Shown here one piece after another: positions 1 through 8,963 of a stretch of DNA of 64,000 bases. The position numbers and the translations under genes are program-made. Source of the DNA: Gammaproteobacteria bacterium (GTDB lineage Bacteria > Pseudomonadota > Gammaproteobacteria > Ga0077536); the NCBI GenBank assembly GCA_963662545.2, contig CAXXLL010000002.1, forward strand, positions 960,001-1,024,000, in the 5' to 3' direction. A model generated the notes under the pieces. The model did not search any database and was not told where the DNA came from. It was given only the letters and a program-made list of their open reading frames with translations. Positions within the stretch are counted from its first letter, which is position 1. The number at the start of each line of letters is the position of its first letter.

Positions 1-1
1 A

Positions 2-328
2 ATGCCTGTTTATGGACGGACACTAACTAGCGAAGTCTGGTTCGAGCCGACCCCCGGTCACACACCCGGTCACGTTAGTGTAAGGATCAGTTCCCGAGGT
101 GAGGACGCCGTGATCACGGGTGATATGACGCACCACCCCGCCCAATTGGCGCATCCCGAATGGGCGGCGAAAGTCGATTTCGACCCGGCACAATCAACGG
201 CGACCCGACGACAGTTCTATCGACGCTACGCCGACCAGCCCGTGCTGGTCATCGGGACGCACTTCGCGACGCCGACGGCGGGTAAAATCGTCCGTGACGG
301 CGCCGCGTACAGATTGGACACCAGCTAA
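2..328 (+). CDS. MBL-fold metallo-hydrolase, C-terminal part (runs off the window start)
   Basis: Motifs TPGHTPGH, GD..H and GTHF are typical of metallo-beta-lactamase-fold hydrolases. Confidence 0.8.
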   Translation: MPVYGRTLTSEVWFEPTPGHTPGHVSVRISSRGEDAVITGDMTHHPAQLAHPEWAAKVDFDPAQSTATRRQFYRRYADQPVLVIGTHFATPTAGKIVRDGAAYRLDTS

Positions 329-371
329 GCACGGTACCCCGCCCCGATCGCGCATACCTGATGACGAACAT

Positions 372-1352
372 ATGCGAATAGGACTCTGCATCCGGGGATT
401 CACCCGGATCCTCGCTATCCTGAGAGAAGCGCTGCCGCACGACGAGGTTTTCGAGTGCGATCGCAGTGAAGTCGTCGAAGTATCGAAAGACACCGACGTC
501 TTTATTCCCACGGTCTCTCCGATCCCGGCAGAGGCCTTTCTTGCGCCTCGTCTCACGCTCGTACAGCAGTACGGCGTTGGGCTCGATAGCGTGGACATCC
601 CCGCCGCGACCCGTGCCGGGGTGCTGGTCGCGAACATCCCGAGCGTCGGCACCGGTAACGCCGAGTCCGTCGCCGAGTTCGCCATCGCGCACATGCTGAT
701 GCTGTCGCGTCACATCCCGACCGCGTTCGAGCGGTTTCGGGAAAAGCGCGTGGGATCGCCGCTCGGCGGCTGTCTCTGGCAAAGCACGGTCGTCATCCTC
801 GGCTACGGCGGTATCGGTGAGGAGATCGCGCGCCGGCTCGCAGGCTTCGGCACCCGCATCATCGCGGTTTCGCGTCACGGTCCAAACGGACCGCGACCGC
901 GCGACCCTTCGGTCCATCTCGATTGTCACGTCGATGCCGAAGAAATGGACGATGCCCTTGGCGAAGCCGACTACGTCGTCGTCGCCGCGCCCGCGACACC
1001 TGAGAACGTCGGCCTCGTCGATGCTTCGGTCTTCGCGCGGATGAAGCGCGGCGCTTACATCGTGAACATTGCCCGCGGCCCCGTGATCGACTACGACGCC
1101 TTGCTCGCGGCGCTTCGTGACGGGCGGGTGGCGGGTGCCGGGCTCGACGTCTTCTGGAACGAACCCTTCGACCCCGACGATCCCCTGTTCAAGGAAAACG
1201 TGATTGCAACGCCTCACATAGGCGGCGTGACCGAGCGTAGTTTGGTGGGGATAGGGAAAGCGGTCGCCGCGAACATCGAATGCGTACGCAAGGGTGAAAT
1301 CCCATCGTGTTGCGCCAACCCGGAAGCTGGGCGCGGACGGCTTGGTCATTAG
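372..1352 (+). CDS. D-2-hydroxyacid dehydrogenase family protein
   Basis: GYGGIG Rossmann motif, NIARG, AGLDVF and TPHIGG signatures; start placed at ATG 372. Confidence 0.9.
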   Translation: MRIGLCIRGFTRILAILREALPHDEVFECDRSEVVEVSKDTDVFIPTVSPIPAEAFLAPRLTLVQQYGVGLDSVDIPAATRAGVLVANIPSVGTGNAESVAEFAIAHMLMLSRHIPTAFERFREKRVGSPLGGCLWQSTVVILGYGGIGEEIARRLAGFGTRIIAVSRHGPNGPRPRDPSVHLDCHVDAEEMDDALGEADYVVVAAPATPENVGLVDASVFARMKRGAYIVNIARGPVIDYDALLAALRDGRVAGAGLDVFWNEPFDPDDPLFKENVIATPHIGGVTERSLVGIGKAVAANIECVRKGEIPSCCANPEAGRGRLGH

Positions 1353-1371
1353 CAGGCTTGTTTACAACCTG

Positions 1372-1424
1372 ATAAAGGTGCCAGGTTTATTTAAATGGAG
1401 CACTAGTTAAATAAACCTGTCACC
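1372..1424. repeat. AT-rich palindromic element interrupted by the IS4 insertion (right arm continues at 2765-2778)
   Basis: ATAAAGGTGCCAGGTTTATTTAA (1372-1394) pairs with TTAAATAAACCTG(T/A)CACC-TTTAT once the IS is removed. Confidence 0.75.
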
Positions 1425-2764
1425 CTGAGGGATCCCCACAAATTCGACTAGCAAAATTCAAGTTGCACAATGGCGCGTGCCTGTAGATCCCGGAGCGCCT
1501 GTAATAAAGTTGAGCGCTGGATTTGAAGTTGCTTGGCAATGAGGCGAGCACCAACGAATACCACGGATAGGACGGGCTTACGTCTTTCGGTATTGGCCTG
1601 TAAACCTTTCACTAAACCTGTTTGGTAACCGACCAAGCCGACCAACCATTGGGCCAGTGTGGCCAATGCGCACAGCAAGAGTAAGTTCGCCACTCTCTCG
1701 GGATCACGTCCCATGTTTTCTCTAAGTGCAAAGCCGTAACGGGGCGACTTCATGTCGCGGAAGCTCTCTTCAATCTGCATGCGGCGACGATACACGGCAA
1801 CTACCCGATGCGCACTACGAAGGTTGTCCGGCAGATTGCTGGCCAATAACCACGGCTCACGCGCCGCTGCCGACGGTTTCTCGGTATTGCGAGCCCGCGC
1901 CGGTTTGCCGTAAGCCGTATAGCAGACACGCCCGCGTTTCTTACCTTTGTAAACGAATAAATGGGTGTCCAGCGGATTACTTTTCGTGATCAAAAAACGA
2001 CCCAGTGACTTCGGACGAGCATTGGCTTGGCCGTAGAGCACTTTGTTCGAATGCCATGCCGCCTCATCCATACCTCGCACGAGGTGACGATGACGGATGC
2101 GACCCACGTAATACCATCCCATTGAGGCCACAAGACTCAACCAGGGCGTCCGAAATCCTGCATCACTGACCAAGATCGGACAACAGCCCGCAGGCAGAAT
2201 GGCCTTCAGTCGCTTCAGAAAGCGTTTCTCCGCTTTGACACTCGCGTAATGGTGTTCGACTTCTTCATACACGGGGATGGCTCGACCACCGACCGCTAAG
2301 GCCGCCCGCAATACATAGAGCTCTTGACGTTGATCCAGATTAGACCAATCCACCAACACCACCGGATGCGCACAGTCCGATACCAATAACCGAGCTATCC
2401 ATTGATACCACTGCAAACGCTCACCACCGAGCTGACGATTACCCAGCAAGCGATCGACGCGCTTAATCGCGTGTTTCTCGCTCGTGCCACTGTCTATGCT
2501 CCGACCGATATGCGTCAGCCACAAACGTCGGCCCCGAAGTAAACCGCCGACCGCCGCCCAAACCGAGAGTCGACGACCCAAATGCACACCGTATAGCGCT
2601 TCGCTGCTCATTTCATGTAACAATTTCAATACCTGCATGGCTCACCTCGTCGTTCACAGATTGTCTTGCAACAACTGAGATCAACTCGAGCCATGCAGGT
2701 TCCACGAACCCACAAATCAATCTATCGCTTTGTATTTCGTTGGGGTTTTATGGGGATTCCTCAG
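1425..2764 (-). mobile_element. IS4-family (IS10-group) insertion sequence
   Basis: Terminal IRs CTGAGGGATCCCCA and TGGGGATTCCTCAG resemble IS10 ends; 9-bp target duplication CCTGTCACC (1416-1424) / CCTGACACC (2765-2773), one mismatch. Confidence 0.92.
1448..2638 (-). CDS. IS4-family DDE transposase
   Basis: VDWS, SDAGF and YRRRMQIEESFRDMK (YREK motif). Confidence 0.93.
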   Translation of the reverse strand: MQVLKLLHEMSSEALYGVHLGRRLSVWAAVGGLLRGRRLWLTHIGRSIDSGTSEKHAIKRVDRLLGNRQLGGERLQWYQWIARLLVSDCAHPVVLVDWSNLDQRQELYVLRAALAVGGRAIPVYEEVEHHYASVKAEKRFLKRLKAILPAGCCPILVSDAGFRTPWLSLVASMGWYYVGRIRHRHLVRGMDEAAWHSNKVLYGQANARPKSLGRFLITKSNPLDTHLFVYKGKKRGRVCYTAYGKPARARNTEKPSAAAREPWLLASNLPDNLRSAHRVVAVYRRRMQIEESFRDMKSPRYGFALRENMGRDPERVANLLLLCALATLAQWLVGLVGYQTGLVKGLQANTERRKPVLSVVFVGARLIAKQLQIQRSTLLQALRDLQARAIVQLEFC

Positions 2765-2815
2765 CCTGACACCTTTATGTTGCGAATTGTCGTTAGCTGT
2801 CACGGTGAAGAACGC

Positions 2816-3259
2816 ATGAGGGAAATTGGCGGGTGCTATTGCGGCTCTGTACGTTACGCCATTTCCGGGGAACCCCTCACGGTCTACGCATGCCATTGCA
2901 CAGATTGTCAGAAAGCGTCTGGCTCGGCATTCACTATCGGCGTTATTCTTTCCTCACAACAATTTCGGCTAACATCAGGTTCGATCGAGGTCGATTCGTT
3001 TCAGGTAAGTGGCAACGACCTACTGCGGAATTATTGCGCCAACTGTGGCTCGACGGTATGGCATGCCTCCCCAAAACACGAGGGATATATTTCGCTAAAA
3101 GGTGGCACGCTTGATAACAAATCCAATTTGAGTCCAGTTGCTCACTTATGGTTTCGTAGTGCGCTTCCTTGGGTCCAAGTAGACGCTACACACAAAATTT
3201 TCGATCAGCAGCCCGAAATGTCGGAGTTAATTGAGCTGTGGAGCCACCGTGCCACCTAA
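2816..3259 (+). CDS. GFA (glutathione-dependent formaldehyde-activating) family protein
   Basis: GGCYCGSVRY, CHCTDCQK and CANCGS zinc motifs; the longer upstream ORF extension comes from the IS end. Confidence 0.88.
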   Translation: MREIGGCYCGSVRYAISGEPLTVYACHCTDCQKASGSAFTIGVILSSQQFRLTSGSIEVDSFQVSGNDLLRNYCANCGSTVWHASPKHEGYISLKGGTLDNKSNLSPVAHLWFRSALPWVQVDATHKIFDQQPEMSELIELWSHRAT

Positions 3260-3395
3260 CCAGTCGCTGTAACACGCCGCTCAACTCAACATGTTCGATC
3301 TTGCTCAGGCCGGAGTCGGCGCGCAGGAGTTCGAGATACGGTGTGACGAAGGCCCACATGCGCTATAGACGTTCGTAATCGCGAGACAGGTTTCG

Positions 3396-3458
3396 ATTCG
3401 CCCGCAAGCGGGCTCCTATGGTAGCTCGCGAGATGTAGGAGTTCGCTTGCGGGCGAAT
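3396..3458. repeat. Pair of GTAG-type REP elements
   Basis: ATTCGCCCGCAAGCGGGCTCCTAT and GTAGGAGTTCGCTTGCGGGCGAAT; the same unit recurs at 45027 and 51460-51526. Confidence 0.8.
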
Positions 3459-3540
3459 GATGCGTAATCACATTGCTACCCATCTTTGGGAGCAACGGTT
3501 TATCGAATTAGTATTCGCGCTATGCGCTGTAATTTTTGCT

Positions 3541-3951
3541 TCAAGCCAGGCGGACGACGGCCTGGCCGGGCGTTGTTACGGCCCCTTGTTCGTTCTTGAT
3601 GAATAGCTTGAGCGTGACCAGGCCTGTTTCCCGATCGATCCCCGTTACTTCTCCGCCCGATGTCAGCGTGTCACCGAGGTACGACGCTTTCCGGTTGGAA
3701 TATTCGAACTCGATGAATTCGCCGTCGTCTCCGATCCATTCGAAAACGGCCTGGGTCAACCAGTCGCCCTGCAAGGGGCCGTCGATTACGATCCCCGGGT
3801 GATGCTCCACCTCTTTGACGTAGCGTTCATCATAATGAATGCGGTGCGGATTCCAGATGGCCGCGTTGTATAAAAACAGTGAAACATTGGTCGCGATAAA
3901 AGTGCGCTCGGGGAGCGTGTGGCCGATATCGATATCAGTCAATCCAGGCAT
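3541..3951 (-). CDS. MaoC/hotdog-fold dehydratase
   Basis: WNPHRIHYD...GIVIDGPLQ hydratase-2-like motif. Confidence 0.8.
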   Translation of the reverse strand: MPGLTDIDIGHTLPERTFIATNVSLFLYNAAIWNPHRIHYDERYVKEVEHHPGIVIDGPLQGDWLTQAVFEWIGDDGEFIEFEYSNRKASYLGDTLTSGGEVTGIDRETGLVTLKLFIKNEQGAVTTPGQAVVRLA

Positions 3952-3957
3952 GACGGC

Positions 3958-4413
3958 TCACCGGTTGATTCGGCTCTGGGTCTCCTGCATCACGAGTTCA
4001 CCTTCTTCGGTCTTGATGGTGATCTCGTAGGTGATGAAGATGAGTGGCCCGCTTGACCCCTGCTTTTCGTAAATGTCGGTGATCTCGCGCTGGATCAACA
4101 ACACGGCGCCCGGTCTGATCGGGCGGTGGTAGCGCTGTTTGATGCCGCCTGCCATAACGCGCTTGAGCGGCAGATCGGGTAGCAGGATATCGCGCCGTAA
4201 ACCGTCGGGGCCGAGTTCCTCGAGCATGCAAATGGGCGTCGAGGCGCCGAACAGGAACATCGGAGGCGCTTCGTCGCCCTTTCGATATTTCTCGAGTCGC
4301 TGTTGGGTTGCGACCGCATATTTGACGATGTCACGGCGCGTGATCTCGATGCGCTGCGGCGGTGCGGAGCGGCCGATCCAGGCGCGTATTTCGGGCGTGA
4401 TCAACTCACTCAT
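3958..4413 (-). CDS. MaoC-like dehydratase N-terminal (FAS1-type) domain protein
   Basis: ITRRDIVKYAVA, APPMF, MAGG and RPIRPG pattern; operonic with its MaoC partner. Confidence 0.78.
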   Translation of the reverse strand: MSELITPEIRAWIGRSAPPQRIEITRRDIVKYAVATQQRLEKYRKGDEAPPMFLFGASTPICMLEELGPDGLRRDILLPDLPLKRVMAGGIKQRYHRPIRPGAVLLIQREITDIYEKQGSSGPLIFITYEITIKTEEGELVMQETQSRINR

Positions 4414-4434
4414 AACCGGTTTCACGTATCGCCA

Positions 4435-4854
4435 TCATATCGATCCGGTGATCGCTCGGAATCGCGGCAGGGTGATTTCGCTGGTGACGTCCTCAAAGAA
4501 GACTTCGACCGCGAGGTCGATGGTTACCTCGGCCTCGTCCGTTCCGACCAGCGGCGCTTGTACCCGCACGCCTTCCTCCATATCGGCAGTCACCGTCACG
4601 TAAGGTGTTTCGCTTTTGAATCCCGAATGAAATCCATGGTGGTTGACCGTCCAGCTGTAGACCTTGCCGCGTCCGGACGATTCGATCCAATCGTAGGCCA
4701 TCGAAAAACAATGATCGCAGACCGAGCGTGGGTAATGACGAATCTTTTTGCATTGCCGGCAGCATTGAAATAGTAGCCTGTGCGTCTTCAAGCCATCCCA
4801 ATAGGGTTGGCTTTCGGTCGTCGGCTCGGGCAGTGGTTTGTCGTAACCGGACAT
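4435..4854 (-). CDS. Zn-ribbon/OB-fold (DUF35-type) thiolase partner
   Basis: PYWDGL, CRQC..YPRSVCDHC, GKVYSWTV; true start at ATG 4854. Confidence 0.88.
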   Translation of the reverse strand: MSGYDKPLPEPTTESQPYWDGLKTHRLLFQCCRQCKKIRHYPRSVCDHCFSMAYDWIESSGRGKVYSWTVNHHGFHSGFKSETPYVTVTADMEEGVRVQAPLVGTDEAEVTIDLAVEVFFEDVTSEITLPRFRAITGSI

Positions 4855-4859
4855 CGTTG

Positions 4860-6008
4860 TCAGCGCCGCATGATGGCAATGGAGCCGTCGCCGAGATCGC
4901 CATATCCCGTCACGAGACCCACTTCGGCGCCGTTGACCTGCCGGCGGCCCGCGTCGCCGCGCAACTGGCACACCAGTTCTACGATGTGATTCATGCCGGC
5001 GATGTGCGCCTGCGAGAGGAGTCCGCCGTGCGTGTTGACTGGCAGTTCGCCGCCGAGACCGATGCGCCCGTTTTCGACGAACGGCCCGCCTTCGCCCTTT
5101 TCGCAGAATCCCATGTCTTCGAGCTGGCAGATCACGGTGTAGGTGAAGCAGTCGTAGATCTGCGCTACGTCGATGTCGGCGTGGCTCACCCCGGCCATCG
5201 CAAACGCCTTGGGTGCGGCTTTGGCGATTCCGAGACGCGTCATGTCGGGGCGCTGGGTGATTGTGCTCGGCGATTCCGGGTGCCCTTCGGCGACGCCGGC
5301 GATGACGATTGGAGCGTGCCGAAGATCCTTTGCGCGATCGAATGCGCTCACGACGACCGCGGTGGCCCCGGCGCTTTCCAGGCAACAGTCGAACAGCCGG
5401 AATGGATCGGCGATCATGCGAGAATCGCGGTGATCGTCCAAGCTCATCGGTTTCTGCATCATTGCGTTATCGTGGAGCTGTGCATGCTTGCGCATCGTCA
5501 CGGCCACATGACCGAACTGTTCGCTGGTGGTGCCGTAGACTTCCATGTGGCGGCGCGCCATCGGCGCATAGAACTGTGCGGGCGCGTTCGTTCCGAGTGG
5601 CATTTCGAATTCGCTGACGACCCTGAACTGCGGCATCTGGCTGATGCGCTGAGCCGCGCGTGAAGTCGAGGCGCTGGCGCGGCCCAGCGCGATGAGGACA
5701 TGCCGTGCAACACCTGTCGCAACGGCCATCGCCGCCGTCTGCAAAGCCGCCACGGCACTCGCGCCGCCCATCGGGATGACGGCTGAATAACGCAAGTCGT
5801 CGATGCCGAAATTGGTGATGAAATCTTCGGCCACGATGCCGCCCAGCCCGTAGGGGATGACACCGTCGATATCCTTGGGGCTGAGTCCCGCGTCTTCAAT
5901 GGCAGACAGCGAGGCTTCGAAAGTAAGGGTCTGTTGGCTTTTGTCCGAGTCTTTCGCGTAGCGGGTCTCGCCGATGCCGGTGACCGCTGCTCTGTTGCTG
6001 AGTTCCAT
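4860..6008 (-). CDS. SCP2/Ltp2-type thiolase-family protein
   Basis: GIGET, DCCLESAGA, YDCFT and NTHGGLLS motifs. Confidence 0.9.
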   Translation of the reverse strand: MELSNRAAVTGIGETRYAKDSDKSQQTLTFEASLSAIEDAGLSPKDIDGVIPYGLGGIVAEDFITNFGIDDLRYSAVIPMGGASAVAALQTAAMAVATGVARHVLIALGRASASTSRAAQRISQMPQFRVVSEFEMPLGTNAPAQFYAPMARRHMEVYGTTSEQFGHVAVTMRKHAQLHDNAMMQKPMSLDDHRDSRMIADPFRLFDCCLESAGATAVVVSAFDRAKDLRHAPIVIAGVAEGHPESPSTITQRPDMTRLGIAKAAPKAFAMAGVSHADIDVAQIYDCFTYTVICQLEDMGFCEKGEGGPFVENGRIGLGGELPVNTHGGLLSQAHIAGMNHIVELVCQLRGDAGRRQVNGAEVGLVTGYGDLGDGSIAIMRR

Positions 6009-6013
6009 GGGAG

Positions 6014-7030
6014 TCAGGCTAATTCAGCGCGCAGCATAAACGCACGCAGGGTTGAAATATAAGCGCTCGGCGTTTCGGCATGCGGCATGTGCGAGGCCCC
6101 GGCGAACACTTCCACTTCGGCGCCCGGCGTCCTATTACGGAAAGCGTGCGTACTGGCGGGCGTGGCCTCGTCGTACTCGCCGCAGGTGTAGAGCGTCGGT
6201 GTGCGGATCTCCGGCAGACGCGGTTCGATGTCGTAATCCTTGAGGGTGCCGGTGAGTTGGCTCTCGCTCGGACCCCACATATGGCCATAAAGCCGGGCGT
6301 TGAATAATTCAAACGTCCTCGAGACAAAGTGCGGCCACGGATCGAGGCGGCAGACGTGGCGACGCAGCCATACCATGTCGGCGGCGTGGTATTCCTCGGA
6401 TGCCGTTGTTCCCGCGCTTTCGTGGTGCTCCAGAGTCGAGCGAATGTCGGGCGGCAGGGCGGCGCGCAATCGCTTGGCGTCAGCCATCCATCGCCTCGCG
6501 CTCAAAAAAGGGCTGGCCAAAATGGTCCCGACGAGTCCCTCCGGCCAGCGGACGGCGTATTCGGCAACCCAGGTTGCGCCGCAGGAGCTGCCGAGCAGGA
6601 ACAGGCGGTCGAGGCCTAAAGCATTGCGCAGCGCGTCGATTTCAGAGACGTATCGCTTCACCGTCCAGTTTCGTTCGTCGTGGGTGCGCAGACCCCGCCC
6701 GCAATCAAGCTGGTCGTAGAAGATTACCGGACGTTCGTCCGCCAGTTTGACGAGTGGCAGCAGGTAGTGATGGCTGGCCCCCGGGCCACCGTGCACGATA
6801 ACCAGCGGAATTCTTCCGCTCGAGAAGTGCCAGCGACCATCGATACGGTACCAGATCCGGCCGCCGTCGACGCCGATGTAACCCGCGTCATCCGGATCCG
6901 GAATGATGGCCTCGGCCTTATCCGCGGATACGGAGAGCGCGGGTTTCATCGCCAGGGCGGCCGCGATCGCCGAGCCGAGAAAGCGCCGTCGATCGAACCT
7001 TAAACTCTCTGATCGCATGTTGTCGGCCAT
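6014..7030 (-). CDS. Proline iminopeptidase-family alpha/beta hydrolase with a Tat signal peptide
   Basis: HGGPG, YDQLDCG, GSSCG nucleophile elbow, SHMPH; N-terminal DRRRFLG followed by a hydrophobic stretch. Confidence 0.85.
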   Translation of the reverse strand: MADNMRSESLRFDRRRFLGSAIAAALAMKPALSVSADKAEAIIPDPDDAGYIGVDGGRIWYRIDGRWHFSSGRIPLVIVHGGPGASHHYLLPLVKLADERPVIFYDQLDCGRGLRTHDERNWTVKRYVSEIDALRNALGLDRLFLLGSSCGATWVAEYAVRWPEGLVGTILASPFLSARRWMADAKRLRAALPPDIRSTLEHHESAGTTASEEYHAADMVWLRRHVCRLDPWPHFVSRTFELFNARLYGHMWGPSESQLTGTLKDYDIEPRLPEIRTPTLYTCGEYDEATPASTHAFRNRTPGAEVEVFAGASHMPHAETPSAYISTLRAFMLRAELA

Positions 7031-7214
7031 CGTCGATAGTCAGCGGGAAGACTCCACCCTATTATGATCTTCGATTCGAAAAATGGAATGTCCCATTTTC
7101 TTCCTATCGTTTCTCATTCAATAAAACATCCCAATATTGAGGGAATGCCGGATTTCACCGGCACCGGCCAGTATAATCGATGCCCACCATCGTCATTCGC
7201 AGAGGGCATGCGTA

Positions 7215-8936
7215 ATGCGGAAATATCTTCATATCGATTTGCGTGATCAATCCATTCGGGAGGAAGAATTTTCCGGCGAGCAGGTTGCCCGGGCGGGCCG
7301 TTATTTCATTGCCAAATCCCTGGTGGAAATGGGTGTTGGCCCGGTCGATCCGCTGGGGCCGGAGAATCCGCTGATCTTTTCTGCCGGTCCCTTCGCCGGC
7401 AGTAGCTGGTCCAACGCCAACCGTACCAGCGTCGGCTGCAAGAGCCCGCTGACGGGCGGTATCAAGGAGTCCAATGGCGGTGGTTCCTTCGGTCTTGCCA
7501 TGGGGCAGCTTCACATCGCTGGATTTACGCTCTACGGCATGGCCGCGGAGTGGGTGGTGATCCACCTACGTAAAGACGGCAGCTTTAGCTTTGATACGGC
7601 CGAGCCCTATATGCGCAAGGGCAACTTCGAGTGCGCCGAAATGCTGCACGAAAAGTACGGGAAAAAGGTGTCACTCGCGATCTGTGGTCCGGTCGGCGAG
7701 TATCAGGGACTGCTGGCCGGAATCGCGATGAGCGATACGGATCGCAGGCCGGCACGGCTTTGCGCGCGCGGCGGGGTCGGCGCCGTAATGGGCAGCAAGA
7801 AGGTCAAGGCCATCGTCTGCGACCTGCACAAGATGCCTTCCTTTCACGACCGTAAGAAGGTGATGAAGGGCGTTAAAGAATACGGCAAGATGATCAATAA
7901 CGACGCCGCGGTCGACGTGCTCAAGAACTATGGCACCGCCATGATGGCGGATTACACGAATTACGTCGGCGGATTGCCGGTCAATAATTTCAGCAGTGGC
8001 CGCCAGATCGACACCGACGCAGGCCCCCTCAAGATGGGTGGTGACTTCATTCGCGAGCGCAACCTCGCGCGCGGCGGCCAAACCTCGCATGCTTGCATGC
8101 CCGGCTGCATGATCGAGTGCAGCAACGTCTATGCCGATGCGGATGGCAAGGAGATCGTCTCGCCCGTGGAGTACGAGACGCTGGGGCTCATGGGCACGAA
8201 TTGCGGGCTTACCGATCCGGACGATCTGGCGCGGCTGAATTACCTGGCGAACGACTTAGGCATCGACACCATCGAAACGGGGGCGATGATGGGCGTTCTG
8301 CTCGATGCCGGGCTGGCCGAGTTCGGCGACGTTGAATTTCTCGCCTCGGTCATGGAAGAGATTCGCACCGGTACGGAGCGGGGCAAGCTGTGGTCGCAAG
8401 GCACGGCCCGCGTCGGCGAACACTATAAGGTGCGCCGCACGCCGGTGATCAAGAAACAGGGGATCAGCGCCTATGATCCGCGCGTGATCGAGGTGACCGG
8501 AATCTCCATGATGGTCACGGCACAAGGCGCCGACCATACGACTGGCAACGCGCCCAAGTACGAATGCAGTGGCAAGGGCATCGACGAACTGGTCGATATC
8601 AGTATGGAAATGCAGGTACTGTGCGCAACGGCCGATTCACTCGGACTCTGCATATTCGGGCGCTCGGTCACCAATACGCACGTCGACATGATGGTGAATT
8701 CGATCAACGACGCCTGTGGCACGGACTTCAAGCCCGAATTCTTCGATAAACTCGGACGCGACACTTTGCGCTATGAAGCGGAATTCAACAAAGCTGCCGG
8801 GTTCACCGAAGATGACGACGAACTACCGGACTTCTTCTACGAAGACGCACTCGAGCCCAGCAACAAGGTCGCTCGTTTTCACGCCGCGGAGGTGAATGAA
8901 TCAGTCAGGCGCTGGTGGCAGCAACACCTCGCCTGA
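7215..8936 (+). CDS. Aldehyde ferredoxin oxidoreductase family protein (W/Mo-pterin)
   Basis: KSPLTGGIKESNGGG, RGGVGAVMGSKKVKAI, CMPGCMIEC, EYET and DSLGLC. Confidence 0.92.
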   Translation: MRKYLHIDLRDQSIREEEFSGEQVARAGRYFIAKSLVEMGVGPVDPLGPENPLIFSAGPFAGSSWSNANRTSVGCKSPLTGGIKESNGGGSFGLAMGQLHIAGFTLYGMAAEWVVIHLRKDGSFSFDTAEPYMRKGNFECAEMLHEKYGKKVSLAICGPVGEYQGLLAGIAMSDTDRRPARLCARGGVGAVMGSKKVKAIVCDLHKMPSFHDRKKVMKGVKEYGKMINNDAAVDVLKNYGTAMMADYTNYVGGLPVNNFSSGRQIDTDAGPLKMGGDFIRERNLARGGQTSHACMPGCMIECSNVYADADGKEIVSPVEYETLGLMGTNCGLTDPDDLARLNYLANDLGIDTIETGAMMGVLLDAGLAEFGDVEFLASVMEEIRTGTERGKLWSQGTARVGEHYKVRRTPVIKKQGISAYDPRVIEVTGISMMVTAQGADHTTGNAPKYECSGKGIDELVDISMEMQVLCATADSLGLCIFGRSVTNTHVDMMVNSINDACGTDFKPEFFDKLGRDTLRYEAEFNKAAGFTEDDDELPDFFYEDALEPSNKVARFHAAEVNESVRRWWQQHLA

Positions 8937-8963
8937 CAACCTGCTGAGAAACACCGCCAAGAT

